A stretch of 63,938 bases of DNA, filler included, from Octopus bimaculoides (GCF_001194135.2; 8 parts of 7 records of this genome joined end to end with filler, not necessarily neighbours in it), one strand, 5' to 3'; shown: positions 38,823 through 52,447, counted from the first letter of the whole stretch. Numbers and translations: made by a program. Notes: generated by a model from the sequence alone, not told the origin.

Positions 38823-39035
38823 CAAGGCAGCGAGCTGAAAGATTCATTAGCATCCTGGGAAAAATGTTTAGCAGCATTTCGTCCGTCTTTACGTTCTGAA
38901 TTCAAATTCCGCCGAGGTCGACTTTGCCTTTCGCCCTTTTGAGGTTGATAAATTAAGTACCAGTTGCGTATTGGGGTCGATTTAATCGACTGGCCCTCTC
39001 CCAAAAATGTTGGGCCTTGTGCCTGAAGCTGAAAA
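38823..39035 (+). mobile_element. SINE family B, full length (tRNA-like head, Deu/Nin-like core)
   Basis: gagctgaaagattcattagc...gttctgaattcaaattcc (B box); gcctttcgcccttttgaggttgataaattaagtaccag resembles the Deu/Nin SINE domain; preceded by (ATT)n. Confidence 0.85.
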
Positions 39036-40204
39036 CATTATTTCATTATCAATGAACATTGGCTGGAAAACCACATTTGAGGGCAACTCTTGTAAATTTT
39101 GCGAAATTTTGGTAGTTTTCACTCGAAATGAGATGTGCTTTCTTGAGATCTTTTATCATCAGTACAGATGATTTTTATTTGATTTCCCTAATCGAGTGGA
39201 TTAGTATAATTTTAAATTTTATATTTAGTAATAAATGATTTTCTCTAAGATGAAAAGTATACATAAATCCGTGTGAAGGAATATTAATGTATAATAGAAA
39301 CAGGATGTGAAAAAGAGTGTAGTATATATAAAGAGGGAGAGAGGAGAAAGATTAGTCTGTTTAGCGTATTTGACGATAATAAGATGACTGCTGCTTTCGT
39401 CATAGCAACGGGAGAATAGTTGTTTTGGATGTAGTGAGGTTTTGACAATGTAGGTTATATGTGAAGAATTAGAGCTTACGAGGTTTGGTTTTTGGTGTAG
39501 TCTAAAGATAAGAATAACAACGTTTGGTTCTATTATCTATGCATTTCCGCTAAAATGCTTCTGCTTCTTAGTTCTTCAAATACATAAATAAGGGCTCTGG
39601 AAAAGCATGTCATCTAGTGACATTCACAGATTTTAAATGCCATTCTTATTTTTAAGTCGAAAAGACTTACTTGAGGTCAGCTATAGGTTAACAACTTAGG
39701 CCAAATACAGGTGAGCGTTAATTATGTTGGTATGCATATATTATGAGTGATTCATTACATACACATACATGGGCACTCATATAAACGCACATACATACAA
39801 ATACAATGATACAAAAACGTGCGCCAAAACATGCACGCTTACAGGCATACATCTGACTGTATATATTTATGAAAACGTGTATTGCGCGTGTGTATATGCT
39901 TGTATATACAATCATATTTAACACGTTCCTGTACACGTGAACGTTGGAAAACGTTTTGCTGTTGAACCAGAAGAAACTTAGACAGTAAGTGCGAAAATAA
40001 ACCATTGGACTATGAATGACATCTTCGATCTGTAGAGTGCATGTGTTTTTGCACCGTTAGGTTTCATCTGTTAAAGACATCGAAATCAGTCGTACATCGC
40101 ACTCTAACAAAAATTGTTCTTATAAAAACATACAGTAAATATTACATTTTCTAATGTGCGCAAAGCTTAGTGAAGTAAGAACTAATTAATCAGTGGCACA
40201 CGAA

Positions 40205-40660
40205 TTTGCGTTGAATGAAATATTGCTCACAAAGTGGGAATAAATGCAGGGTTAGCGCATTCCATTTTAACGGAGGATTTGCACATGCAAAGAGTGTCAG
40301 CGAAATTCGTCGCCACAATGGTGGAGGAGCAGCAGAAGCAACTCCGTCTGAAAACCGCTCAGGACATGCTGGACCCAAAATAACCACGATCCAGACTTCA
40401 CGAAGATTATCGTCGTTGGTGATGAAACATGGAACATCTGCTCGATGCATTCGGTTATCTTGTGTAGAAACAAAAATCCGACGTGCGCGCACTACACGTC
40501 TGTACTCTAGTCGTAAATCGGGGACCTGACATGGCCTACCGGCATGAAAATCCTCGCACATGTAAGAAGAATAGTATCAACCCCCACCCAAAGGATTTTA
40601 CCCACGCTGCATTAGTTATGGTGACAGAAAATAAAGTAGGATACTTTTTGAATGCACCTC
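40205..40660. mobile_element. Rearranged mariner relic: transposase fragment (+) fused to an inverted 5' end
   Basis: HSILTEDLHMQRVSAKFV...IIVVGDETW at about 40220-40430; 40436-40660 is the reverse complement of the left end of the element at 43074. Confidence 0.8.
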
Positions 40661-41479
40661 ATATATATATATATATATANNNNNNNNNNNNNNNNNNNNN
40701 NNNNNNNNNNNNNNNNNNNNNNNNNNNNNNNNNNNNNNNNNNNNNNNNNNNNNNNNNNNNNNNNNNNNNNNNNNNNNNNNNNNNNNNNNNNNNNNNNNNN
40801 NNNNNNNNNNNNNNNNNNNNNNNNNNNNNNNNNNNNNNNNNNNNNNNNNNNNNNNNNNNNNNNNNNNNNNNNNNNNNNNNNNNNNNNNNNNNNNNNNNNN
40901 NNNNNNNNNNNNNNNNNNNNNNNNNNNNNNNNNNNNNNNNNNNNNNNNNNNNNNNNTATATATATGGATGTACCAGTCAATGGAATATAGTTGGCATAAA
41001 TTATAAGTAACAGTCCAATTACTGGAATCATTAAAAGTATTAAAGGTTCGATAGAGTACAAATATATTAATACGTGTAGTGATGGGGATAGGAGTGTTTT
41101 AATTCATGAATAAAGCAAATATTTAAAAATCCATATTTTTAATGCAAAAAGACTTCTATGCTTAATCACTATATATGTCACAATCACAATAATATGTGAC
41201 ATAAATTAGATATATAAAATATACAATTTATTGTATGTGATATTTGTATGAAAAGTGCTTTGCCTTATCTAGCATTGAGCCCTGAATGCTTTAATGAAAT
41301 GGCAGGGCCGTTGTTGTGTCATACAGTGTGTCTTATGCATTTTTAGATATGCCGTAGCCCTTCTACCTTCAGTCTGTCTGTAACCATTTTCATCCTGAAG
41401 AGAAAAATTACGTTGAAATTGCACATGTTGGTAGAGTAATACGTCCTGTCTTTCATTGTAAGTAATTGTAGGTTCCAAT

Positions 41480-42571
41480 TAAAGGCATCATGCCCTGATT
41501 GTGTTCTAGACGAAGAAAGGGTGTAAGTTGTCCAAGCTGCACAGAAGGGCATAGCTTGCTTATGGAGATGAAACCAGTGCCAAGATCAATAAGCACAGAT
41601 AGATGAAGTTTAAAGAAATGGAAACCAGCATTGAAGACAGACTAAGCGATAGGTGACCATCAACTACTATCACTGACATGAATCACCACCGAATAAACGA
41701 ACTAATTCGTGCGGACAAACAAATTACAATCCATGAAAATGCTGCACGTCTGGACCTTGATCTCAATGCGTTACAGATGATGGTGAAAGACTTTAGATAT
41801 TGGAAAGAATGTGCAAAGTAGACATCTCGGCAACTGACGCCTGATTTGAAGAAGAGAAGGATGGAAGTTTCCTCTGTTTAGCTGGAAGTGTTTGAAGCCA
41901 ATGAAGGCATAGTTTTTCCAATCGGGTGACAGGTACTGAAACGTAGACGTATCTTTATGATACGAAGGTTGAGTCCATGGATTTGCGTCACACATCTCCA
42001 AGGCCTAAGAAATTCAAGAATCAACCATCGGCGCAGAAAGTGACTGTTTTTTGTGTGATGACAAGACTTTTTCCTTTATTTTACTAGAAAGTGGCTGTAC
42101 CGGGAACAATAATTGATACACTGAGACTATGAAAATACTTAGAGAAGCCATGAGGAGGAAAATACCATGGAAGATTCTGATAACCATCCACAACCACCAT
42201 GACAACACACGACTCGTCTTTAGCAACAAATCGGCAATCGGAAAAAAATTGGTTGGTCAATGATCCCCCAATCATCACACAGCCTGCATCTGACATCCTC
42301 CACTTTTTCGGTCCAATGAAGAGCAATTTTCAGGGTCAATCATTTGATGATACTGATGAAGTGATTGTAGCTTGGGAAGTGAGTACAGCAATGAGGACTT
42401 GAATGTTGGTTTCAACGATGGCACAAATATACAGATTGTGATGCAGACTACGTTGACTAGTATCTTTATAGAGAGAAATATTTACTCCACTAACAAGAGC
42501 AATTAGAACGATCTCTGCCCGTTAATAAAAATATTATGCCTGCTTTTGTATTACTTTCGGTGTGACCGTCA
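41480..42571 (+). mobile_element. Decayed mariner transposon, second subfamily
   Basis: KFKNQPSAQKV, HHDNT, PASDILHFFGPMK...GQSFDDTDEVI, RWHKYTDCDADYVD*; right TIR attactttcggtgtgaccgtca followed by TA. Confidence 0.85.
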
Positions 42572-42593
42572 TATATACATGTGTGTGTGTGTG

Positions 42594-42653
<60 letters not shown>

Positions 42654-43073
42654 ACGTGCACGTGTTCGCATGCAAGTCAGTTCTAAATCAAATATTCTAT
42701 AATCAAAGATATTCCATCTTATGATCAAGGAGAACCCATCTCTTTTTAGGTAAAGCGTAAACCTCCGATATTATCCAACAGTTCTTTCTGAAGATAGTTC
42801 TTTCGTAAGGTAATGTATGATTTGCAAACTTGATGTTATTTCTAGCAGGTTAAACCACCACAACAGAATTCGTAGTGTAAATTTGCCATTTGACAATAGA
42901 AATCGATAAAATGAGTTACAGAATAAAATAAGTATTACGGTTTACATAATCATCGAAGACGCTTGAAGGCTGTATTTTAGCACATGCTTGCAGACCCATG
43001 GTTGAAATCTGTAAATTAATATGTGTGTATGTGTGTGTGAACGTATGTATATATGTATATATGTGTATGTATA

Positions 43074-44598
43074 TGAGATACGTTCAAAAAGTATCCGACT
43101 TTATTTTTTCCTGCAAAAACTAATCCTACGTAAGCAAAATCCTTTGTGTGAAAGGTGACAATACCCTTCCTGCGCATGCGTGCAAATTTTCGCACCGGTA
43201 GACCGCGTCAGTTCCTGACTGTTACGCTTAGAGTACAGACATGTAATGCGCGTTATTCCGGTTTTCGTTTTCACCGAATGTATCGTGTAGGTATATGTCA
43301 TCAAGTCTTGCCAAAAGTTTGACAATACTCAAACTCAAACCATACAGAAGATTAATCAGACCTTTGGTGATGATGCCATGGCTAAAATTCAGATCAAAGT
43401 GTAGTACAGAGTGCAGCAGAAATACCTCCCACATTTTAAACTTTCACCTATGTGTTGCTAGTGAACTTATGCAAGTGCAAATGATGTTTTCATTTAGCTA
43501 ATGAACAAAAACTGTAATCCTTTGATTAAACAACAGTAAAATTAATTTTTCATTAATATTGTTTCTTTTTCCTTTTGTCAACCTTTCAAATGTGGGAGAT
43601 ATTTCTGCCGCATCCAGTACAACCGCTTCAGACATGGCCGCACCTCAGTGGAGTGCGAGGCATGCTCAGTCAGATCATCCACAATCCGAAACGAGGAGCC
43701 GATCGAGAAGGTTCAGCGAATATTCATAGAAGACGGTCGTGAATAATCCAGAAATTATTCACTAAGCTGGAATAAGCTCAGGATCAGTGCATTTCATTTT
43801 AACGGAAGATTTGTGCATGCGGTGGATGGTGTCGGCAAAATTTGTCCCATAGGTGCTGGCTGTGCAGCAGAAGCAACTCTACATGGAAATCGCTCAAGAC
43901 ACGCTGGACTGTAAAAACCATAACCCAGACTTTATGAAGACCATCATCACTGGTGACGATACATGTGTTTATGGTTACGACCCGAATTCCAGTCTCCCCA
44001 ATGGAAGCCTCCGTCATCACCAAGGTCCGAAAAAGTACACATTCGCATCAATCTGAAGGGAATGTTCATGTTTCTTTGATACCTGTGGTATTTTGCACCA
44101 TGAATACGCTTCTCAGGGCCAAACAATTAATAAGGAATACTACCTGGAGGTTATACGTCGCCTTCGTCATGCTCTGCATCGAAAGAAGCCGGACATCTGG
44201 GCGGCGGCGAATTGGCAATTTCACCACGACAATGCGCCCGATCATTCTTCTTGCATAATGAAAGCTTTCCTGATCAAGAAAAACACATCACTTGTTCGAC
44301 AGGCTCCCTATTCTCTCCATTTGCTACTATGTGACTTCTGCCGCTTCCTCAAATTGAAAACCGCGCTGAAAGGGAATCGGTTGGTGTTGCGAGAGGAAAT
44401 TATGAGGAAAGTGATGGCGAACCTACATATCCTTCCAAAGAATCCGTTCCAAAGGTGTTACCAGCAGTGGCAAGACTTCTGAGAGAAGTGTGTGAACTCC
44501 CAAGAGGATTATTTTGAAAGTGATAAAATAAAATTTGTGATATTCACAAAATTTTTTTAAATGCTCAAGGATAGGACACGTTTTGAACGCATGTCGCA
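43074..44598 (+). mobile_element. Near full-length decayed mariner transposon with an internal insertion of about 150 bp
   Basis: Imperfect TIRs (cgttcaaaaagtatcc / ggacacgttttgaacg) flanked by TA; SAKFVP, ITGDDTCVYGYDP, HHDNAP, PYSLHLLLCDF. Confidence 0.92.
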
Positions 44599-44628
44599 TA
44601 TTTATATACAAACATTCATACATATACA

Positions 44629-44663
<35 letters not shown>

Positions 44664-44689
44664 GTGTATGTATGAATTTCTTAAATTAA

Positions 44690-45604
44690 TCACTTTTTCG
44701 TCACCTAAACCCACACAACATTTTTGAAGCGAATATTTTTTGACAAGGTTTCCACGATAAGATACGTCTCACAATGATCTTTCACCTGAAGTAAATATCG
44801 AACCCAGAATAGCTGTGAAAATAGCTTAGAAGATTGGTTAAATACTGTTAGAAAATGGAAAAGAAAGTGGCAAGCAAATCACTACATAGAATCGAGTCCC
44901 GTACCTTTCAAATTCTGGTAAAGTGCTCCGTACCGTTAAGCTAAGGGATCCAAGACATCACGTATCAGGTACCCTCTTTTATAACGCTAAGTATCTTAAA
45001 ATTACAAGAATATTTTGATTTCTTAAAAAATGATCACCTTTTTTGTCACTCAAAGCCACACGACTTTTTTTTTAGTAGCTAATATCTTTTGACGAAACTT
45101 TATACATAAGATTTATCTCATAGAACTCTTTCATTTGAACACAACTACTGTATAGTTTTCTTTAACAATAGCTGAAATATTTTGACTCAAAGTCAATTTT
45201 GGTGTTACTTAACATTTTATCGTCACTTAAAGCAACATTACTTTTTTCCTAGCAAAATACTTTTTAACGAGGATTTCGCCAAACGATTCTTCTCAATGAG
45301 CTCATTCTCATAAACCCAATTAACTTGACATTTCTTTTAAAATAACTGACATATTTTGATTCAAAATCAATTTTCACCTTACATTCCCATGTTTGACCTT
45401 AGATATTTTGACCTAGCTTTTTTTATTGAACCAAATTTATATTATTTTATCTCAAACTACAGCTGAAGACTGGACCATAATTGCTAAAGAACCGCATTCA
45501 ATTTGGTTGTGAACTGAACTAGTGATGAAGCCCAGAAGTGCTCGTGAGTAACTAAAAGTTGACCTTAAGGATATATTCACCCCACTTCAGTGGGAGAATG
45601 ATAT

Positions 45605-45605
<1 letters not shown>
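44690..45605 (+). repeat. Copy 1 of an unclassified 0.9-kb repeat with three internal subrepeats
   Basis: Colinear with 49712-50580; subrepeat ttttcgtcacttaaagc...taagatt..tctca..gagctc near 44695, 45040 and 45215. Confidence 0.85.
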
Positions 45606-45665
<60 letters not shown>

Positions 45666-45965
45666 CATGCACATATACATATACACACATGCATACTTAC
45701 ATACATACTTACATACATATATGTGTGTGTGTATGTATGTATGTATGTATCTATGTATGTATGTATACATTTATAAACAAATACATATAGAGAAACTCAC
45801 TTAAATACATACGCATACAAGAATATAGCACAGTCACTTAATGTCACAAAAATATCGATATCCCTCCATCAAATCGGATAATGTAGTATCTGATGTTTAT
45901 CCTAGTAAAATTACATGAATTTATTCTACATCAGTTATGCTGAGCGTTGTTCACTTTGTCATATA

Positions 45966-46340
45966 AAGGCGTGGCTTTACATAGTTCCGGTTTCAGTCTC
46001 ACTGAGTGGAACCTTAGGCAAGTGCCTTATACTATAGTTCTGGGTCAACCGAAGCCTTGCGAGTGGATTTGGTAGACGGAAACTCAAAGCCCGTCTTTTA
46101 TGTATATATGTATATATCTATGTGCGTGTGTGTGTGTCTTTGTGCTTAATTCCTGGCACTGCTTGACAACTAGTGTTGGTTTGTTAACATCTCCGTAAGT
46201 TAGTGATTCCGCAAGAATATCTCGATACAATAAGTAGCAGGCTTAAAAATTAAGTACTAGGAGCAATTTGTTATACCAAAACCTTCAAGGTGGTGCTCCA
46301 GCATGACTGGAGTCTAATGACGGAAACCACTAAAACGTAT
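45966..46340 (+). mobile_element. SINE family A, full length, degenerate
   Basis: Head, gccttgcgagtggatttggtagacggaaac, central (TA/TG)n and ggtggtgctccagcatg tail. Confidence 0.8.
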
Positions 46341-46651
46341 GCTGATTTAAAAAACGGTAATGAAAACTATAAATAATATGTATGGCTTATTAGCAATTTA
46401 ACATCTTAAAAGCAAATTGATAGACGTCACCAAAGTGACAGAGGGTACCACAAAGTGGTACCGGCATTGCTAGAAATAAGAGTCAAACCGACTCACTGGT
46501 CACAAGAGCACTATCTTAATAAGCTGACAAGGGAGACAAGCTCCCTACAGTCGCAGATAGAAGTTGACAAGGTGAATGGAGTCTAACCCTAGTGGCGGTA
46601 AGAGCATCATCCAAGAGAAACAGGTCCGGAAAAAGCTGAACACCGAACTGG

Positions 46652-46702
46652 TTTAACTGATGATGGCAATGGAAATTGCCGAAACTGATATTAGTTCTTA
46701 GG
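46652..46702 (+). ncRNA. Type I hammerhead ribozyme, intact core
   Basis: uuuaa-CUGAUGA-u-GGCAAU GGAA AUUGCC-GAAA-CUGAUAUUAG-UU-cuuagg; perfect 6-bp stem II with a GNRA loop; self-complementary helix III. Confidence 0.85.
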
Positions 46703-47919
46703 TATTTACAGTAACCGTTTTGTGGAAGAGTGGAGACGCGGAAACCATTAATGCAAAGATTCGATGTTTGTGGGGCAGGTTTTCAACGTTCAATTTTTAT
46801 ATATGAATATTTCTTTTGGCCAAACTCCATCCTTATATCAGCAGAAAATTGATTACTCCAACGGATTTCCAGTACTGAAAATATTTCGTGCTTAGCTCAT
46901 CAAAGAAATAGTTATGGGTAATATGGGTCTCTTGCCGTGTAGACCCCAGGACATAATCAGCGTGTCTTCGTAAAAGAAATTACAGTGGATTTGTGGTCAA
47001 AATAAGCAGAAGCACAGACAAGCCGTGACCTAAGAATATCGCCATTAAAATCTTTATAAGATTAGTGACAATCATTCCACTTTCATTTACAGTCTTTGTG
47101 AGCTTCCCGATGACAGCAACTAAGGCAACTAGTACTTTCGCCAGCTGTAGTGACTTCAGTAACTATGAGCGGGAAATGGAATTGAATGCCTTTCTGTCCT
47201 CCAGTCATGCTGTTACAAGGTCTCTGTGATGTTTTCTGCTTCAGGCAGCTCAGCTTTAGTTAAAAGTTGTTCAGCTCCTCCTCACACTCCATTCTTTTCA
47301 CCTGCCTACGCATCAATGACGTCATAGCTAGAATGCAATTATCTTGGAGGAATTGATTCAGGTATGCAACTTGTGTATAGTTTGTGAAACCAGAGTATGG
47401 GACTACATTTCTACGCCAAGAGATTTTCGTAATAAACTACAAGGTTTGCTCGCGCGTTTGGTCGTGCTATGGCAAGCCAGATCGATATGTCAATCAGACT
47501 TTCGACAGGTTTTAAAATATTTGTACAAGTGATTTTCTATAAAAACTCAATATTTTGTACCAGTGACCAACTACGAGATCTCTTCATGATGCCTTCTCAT
47601 TATGCATCTTTTTCACAGCATGAGTTTCATTGTGGATCGTATAGGCTTTATTGTAGTTGGTATGGTGTTCTCGATTTATTTCATCCAGCTATATTATATA
47701 TCAGTTAAAATACTCATTTTCGTTCCATAAAACGTTCAAAAACACATTTTAAATGATCGTCTATGCCTGCACACGGTTGATGGCGACATATGTATGTATG
47801 TATGTATGCATGTATGTATTATGGATGGATGGATGGATGGATGGATGGGTGACTGAATGGATGGATGGATGGATTGATCAATAGATAGATAGATAGATAG
47901 ATTTATACATACAAATACA

Positions 47920-47959
<40 letters not shown>

Positions 47960-48111
47960 TACTCGTATGTATAAACGTACATTTGTACACCTACATATCC
48001 ATATACATCTACATACATATGTATGCAGCTATAATTAAAGAGACGATTCATAATTCCGCACAGTGAAATTCGCACACCGATACGCACGCACACATAAACA
48101 TATATATATAT

Positions 48112-49237
48112 TAGAATGAAAAATGCGGGCACTGAATCCTAGAATATTCTTAGGTATTGAACCTGGGAAAGTACGGAACAAGTAGTAATTAAGGCTAGCA
48201 AAGTAAAGAACAAGATAAACACTTAAAATATTGCTGCTGAAGTTAGAATTTAAAAGCTAAAGCAGTAATAAATGCCCTTTTAAATATTTTTATTTTTACT
48301 TAAAAGTTTAAATTAAAATACTCATGAGATTATTTATTTGCAGTTTGAGTGAAAAGTCTATTTGCCTGCAAGCTTACACATAAGAAATTTAATATTACAA
48401 ATTTATATATTTTATAAAAATCTCATTATAGCAATTTAACGAAAATTAATAATTATAAGCCCCTACTTTTTTTTCTAAAAAAGCTGGACAGTCATTTCTA
48501 TACTTTGCACTCGATTTGTTTATTAAATTATATTTAAAGAAAAATTGAGACAGCTATTTTTGCAGTTAATTTGTTCGTTAGAATTTTTTTTTTTTAGATA
48601 TTTTTCTAACTGTAAATAGAAAACTTTAAAGAGAAAACACTTTGTTATCTGATAATGCAAACTTTAAAGAAATTAATTCTTTTGTTTCGTTACTTCTTGC
48701 TATTTTTTAAACTCTTTTGAATTACATATATTCTGCATGAGTTTGGTTTTATAACGCAATATTTGTGATTTAAAATTTTAGGATAACGAATTTTGCTAAG
48801 AAAATAAAATAAAAAATAATATAATACTAAAAATAAGACAGAAATGTTTAAGCTCAATGCAAAGAATTTTTTTTATATAAAATTAACTTAAACTTTTTAC
48901 ATTTGCAATTAAAAACCCAAAATAATATGAAAAACAAAACTGCACACATTACATGACAAACAGTTCAGAAATTTATTTAGCAAATTCTAACTTCAGTAAC
49001 ATTTTAAATTTTCTTCTACTTGTCCTTAAGTAATTCGATTTAAACTTTTAAATAAAAATAAGTAATATAAATCTATTACTATTTTAGTTTTAAAATTCTA
49101 ACTTCAACAGCAATATTTATATATATTTTTTCTTCTTGTCCTCTACTTTTCCATGCTTTATTACTGCTTGTTCTGTACTTTTCCAAGTTAAATACATAAG
49201 AATATTTTAGAATTCTGCGTCCACCTTTTTCATTCTA
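48112..49237. mobile_element. MITE / non-autonomous DNA transposon with TIRs of about 165 bp
   Basis: 48112-48273 is the imperfect reverse complement of 49073-49237 (ends TAGAATGAAAAA / TTTTTCATTCTA); AT-rich non-coding interior; partial extra TIR copy near 48983. Confidence 0.85.
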
Positions 49238-49711
49238 GTCCACTTTTTCCAGGCAACGCCTCTATTATTATAATTAATTGTATTTACCTTTATAATTGAA
49301 AAAATGATGCTAGTAAATATTTTCTAAATACAGATTTTGTTCTAACTTAGAAATTTTGTTTGCATCTAAAATTAACAAAGGATGTACAGCAAGATATCTG
49401 TTACAAATGAATATATTTTTAAACAATTTGTATTATAAAATAATATTATTTTCTAATTAAATAATTAATGATTAGTTGTTTTTTTTTAATTATTGAAATT
49501 TTTTATTTTAACTTGTTTTTGATATGAACTTATTTTAATACATAAAAAAATAATAAAAATTAATATGAAATCACAAATAACTTTTTTATGCTTAATATTT
49601 TTAGACAAGTTTTTCTCCAGAATATTTGTTTCGTTGAACTCTATATCATTTGAGTTCAAATAATGTTTGTCTTAAAAGACAAAAATATATTGATTTCATA
49701 AAACTATCACT

Positions 49712-50580
49712 ATTTTTCGTCACTTAGAGCCATACAAATTCATTTGTAACTAATATTTTTTTACATGGTCTTCACCATAAGATTCTTCTCATTAAGCTCT
49801 TCCATCTGAAGTAAATATCGAATGCAGAATAGCAACGAAATCAGTTTAGAAGACTGAAAAATTACCCTCACAAAACGGGGAAAAGTTTGTACCGCTACAA
49901 ACTCTGGTTAAACGCTTTGTATCGTTAATCAAAACGAACGTTAACGTCAGATCCCGTCTTTTATAATGCTAAATATCATAAAATGACAAAAATATTTTGA
50001 TTTCTTAAAATGATCACCTTTTCTTCGTCACTCAAAGCCATACCACTCTTTTGTAGCTAATATCTTTTGACGAGATTTTATACATAAGATTTATCTCATT
50101 GAGCTCTTTCATTTGAACATAGCTATTGTATAGTTTTTTATAACAATAGCTGAGATTTTGATTAAAAATCAATTTTGGTATTACCATTTTTTTATCACTT
50201 AAAGCCTAACAACATTTTCCGTAGCCAATGCATTTTAATGAGAATGTTACCAAAAGATTCTTCGCAATCAGCAAATTCTTCTAAATCCAATTAATCTATA
50301 CGTTTCTTTTAAAATAACTGACATATTTTGATTCTAAGCCGATTTTTCATCCTACTCTCCCATATTTGATCACACATATCTTGACCTAACTGTTTTTCAT
50401 GTTTTATGTTATTTTATCTCGAAATGTAGCTGAAGAATGAACCATTATTGCTAAAGAACCGCATTCAATATGGTTGCGAACTGAATTAGTGATGAAACAT
50501 AGACGTGCTCGCGTGTAACTAAAAATTTACGTAAGGATATATTCACCTCACTTCCATAGGTAAATGATATAAACATAAAC
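49712..50580 (+). repeat. Copy 2 of the 0.9-kb repeat
   Basis: Shares blocks such as ctgaagtaaatatcgaa, tttatacataagatttatctca, gctaaagaaccgcattcaa and ggatatattcacc with 44690-45605. Confidence 0.85.
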
Positions 50581-50907
50581 ATACACACATTCATATGTAT
50601 ATATATATATATATATAGTATACAAGAAATGAGGGCAGGGAATCGTCAATTAATAATAAAATTAACAATTAACAATTTTGCCAAGTAGTTCAGTATGAAA
50701 TAAACCTTTATCGGTAAGACCATTTATCATCATAAATATAAGGGATTAGCAATTGAGTTGCTTCTCCAACATACTGAAAATTCAGAAACAGCAGTCAAAG
50801 AACTACTNNNNNNNNNNNNNNNNNNNNNNNNNNNNNNNNNNNNNNNNNNNNTTAATTAATTAANNNNNNNNNNNNNNNNNNNNNNNNNNNNNNNNNNNNN
50901 NNNNNNN

Positions 50908-50940
<33 letters not shown>

Positions 50941-50944
<4 letters not shown>

Positions 50945-51352
50945 AGAGTTGGACAAAATAATGGAAACACCTAGCATCATAGCATCATAATTCTGAAATA
51001 TCTATAAAACCATCAAAAGCTTGTTTATTCTTATGTTTTTTTTTATTTATTATTAGTGTTGCTTAATATGTTTTGCTAATATTATTCTTTCTTTTCGGAT
51101 ATCATCAGCAAAAGGTAATTAAAATTCATTAAAATGACACATCTATCGGACTTTCAAAGAGGTCAAATTGTTGGTGTTCGTATGGCAGGCGCTAGCGTAA
51201 TGAAAACAGCCGAAATGTTTGGTGTATCAAGAAGTACTGTCTCGAAAGTAATGACAGCCTCCTCGTCGAAACAAAACTCCGGAAGAAAACCAAAATTTTC
51301 AGATAAGGACCGTCGGACTCTTACGCGAATTGTTAGAAACGACCACAAAAGT
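50941..51352 (+). mobile_element. Tc1-like transposon 5' fragment
   Basis: TA|caagagttggacaaaataatggaaacac end; MTHLSDFQRGQIVGVRMAGASVMKTAEMFGVSRSTVSKV...GRKPKFSDKDRRTL (paired-like HTH with GRPR-like motif). Confidence 0.9.
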
Positions 51353-51521
51353 TGCCTGTCTTTGGCAGCCGTTGCTGGGAATGTATTATGTTTGTTATCG
51401 TTGTTGTTGTTATTCATAATGGAAATATTGTTGCCGTTTAAGTTGTTTTTGATTTTTTTTTTGTCAGTCACCGCAGTACATCTCCAGCGTTAGAAGATGT
51501 CCAAAGGCAATAATGATGATA

Positions 51522-51574
<53 letters not shown>

Positions 51575-51815
51575 AGATAAGAGGAAGAGGGAGGAAGAAG
51601 AAGAAGAAGAAGAAGAAGAAGAAGAAGATGATGATGATGATGACGATGATGACTATGAAGAAGAAGAAGAAAAAGAAGAAGAAGAAGAAGAAGAAGTAGC
51701 GGAGTTTGTTCATTATTTTGTTTAAAAGAGTTCCAGCACTGTCTGTTTTTTATGTTTTATTTATATTCCTGCGACGCTTCTGTTACTGCTGCTGCTGCTG
51801 CTGCTGTTCCTATAC

Positions 51816-51861
<46 letters not shown>

Positions 51862-51924
51862 CGATGATGACCGGATATCATAGGCAAAAAACCATCTCCT
51901 TCAATAGATGTTGCAGCCGCAGCT

Positions 51925-52110
51925 GGCAACAACAGATCTCTGCTGAAAACGTTTGTGAAATTGAGCAAAATATAAGGAGTTCCAAATAGAAATCAGGGAG
52001 GATGCGGCATCTCAAAGCAACAACATTACCTGTTGTTACTGGGGCTCTTGAAATGACATCAAAGGGATCAAAGAACTTTCATGGCAGCCCACTCATTTTA
52101 CGCAGTTTCT
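51925..52110 (+). mobile_element. R4-like RLE C-terminal remnant
   Basis: RMRHLKATTLPVVTGALEMTSKG resembles the W.L....IPVVIGALG motif. Confidence 0.6.
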
Positions 52111-52214
52111 TCAGCATGCAAATGCAATGGTTTTCAGTTTTATTATAAATTTTTATAAAGGGACAGTTTTCATTTTTTTTTTTTATAACAAAGGGACATC
52201 AATTTCTGTTGTTG

Positions 52215-52245
<31 letters not shown>

Positions 52246-52367
52246 TCTGCGCAGGAATTCACCTGTTTGCAACTTTTGATGTCGCTTGACTTCTCTGGAT
52301 GAAACGAGCGTACAGCTTGCATATATCAAAGCAGAGCCAAAGCACAGAAATAGTAGTAGTAGTAATG

Positions 52368-52446
<79 letters not shown>

Positions 52447-52447
52447 C

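Noticed and set aside
39657-39710. Exon with a strong acceptor and CAG|GTGAGC donor
   Set aside because: Stops in all three frames; at best a non-coding exon, unsupported.
48120-49600. Mitochondrial insertion (NUMT) suggested by extreme AT content
   Set aside because: No mitochondrial gene or rRNA motifs; explained by MITE TIRs.
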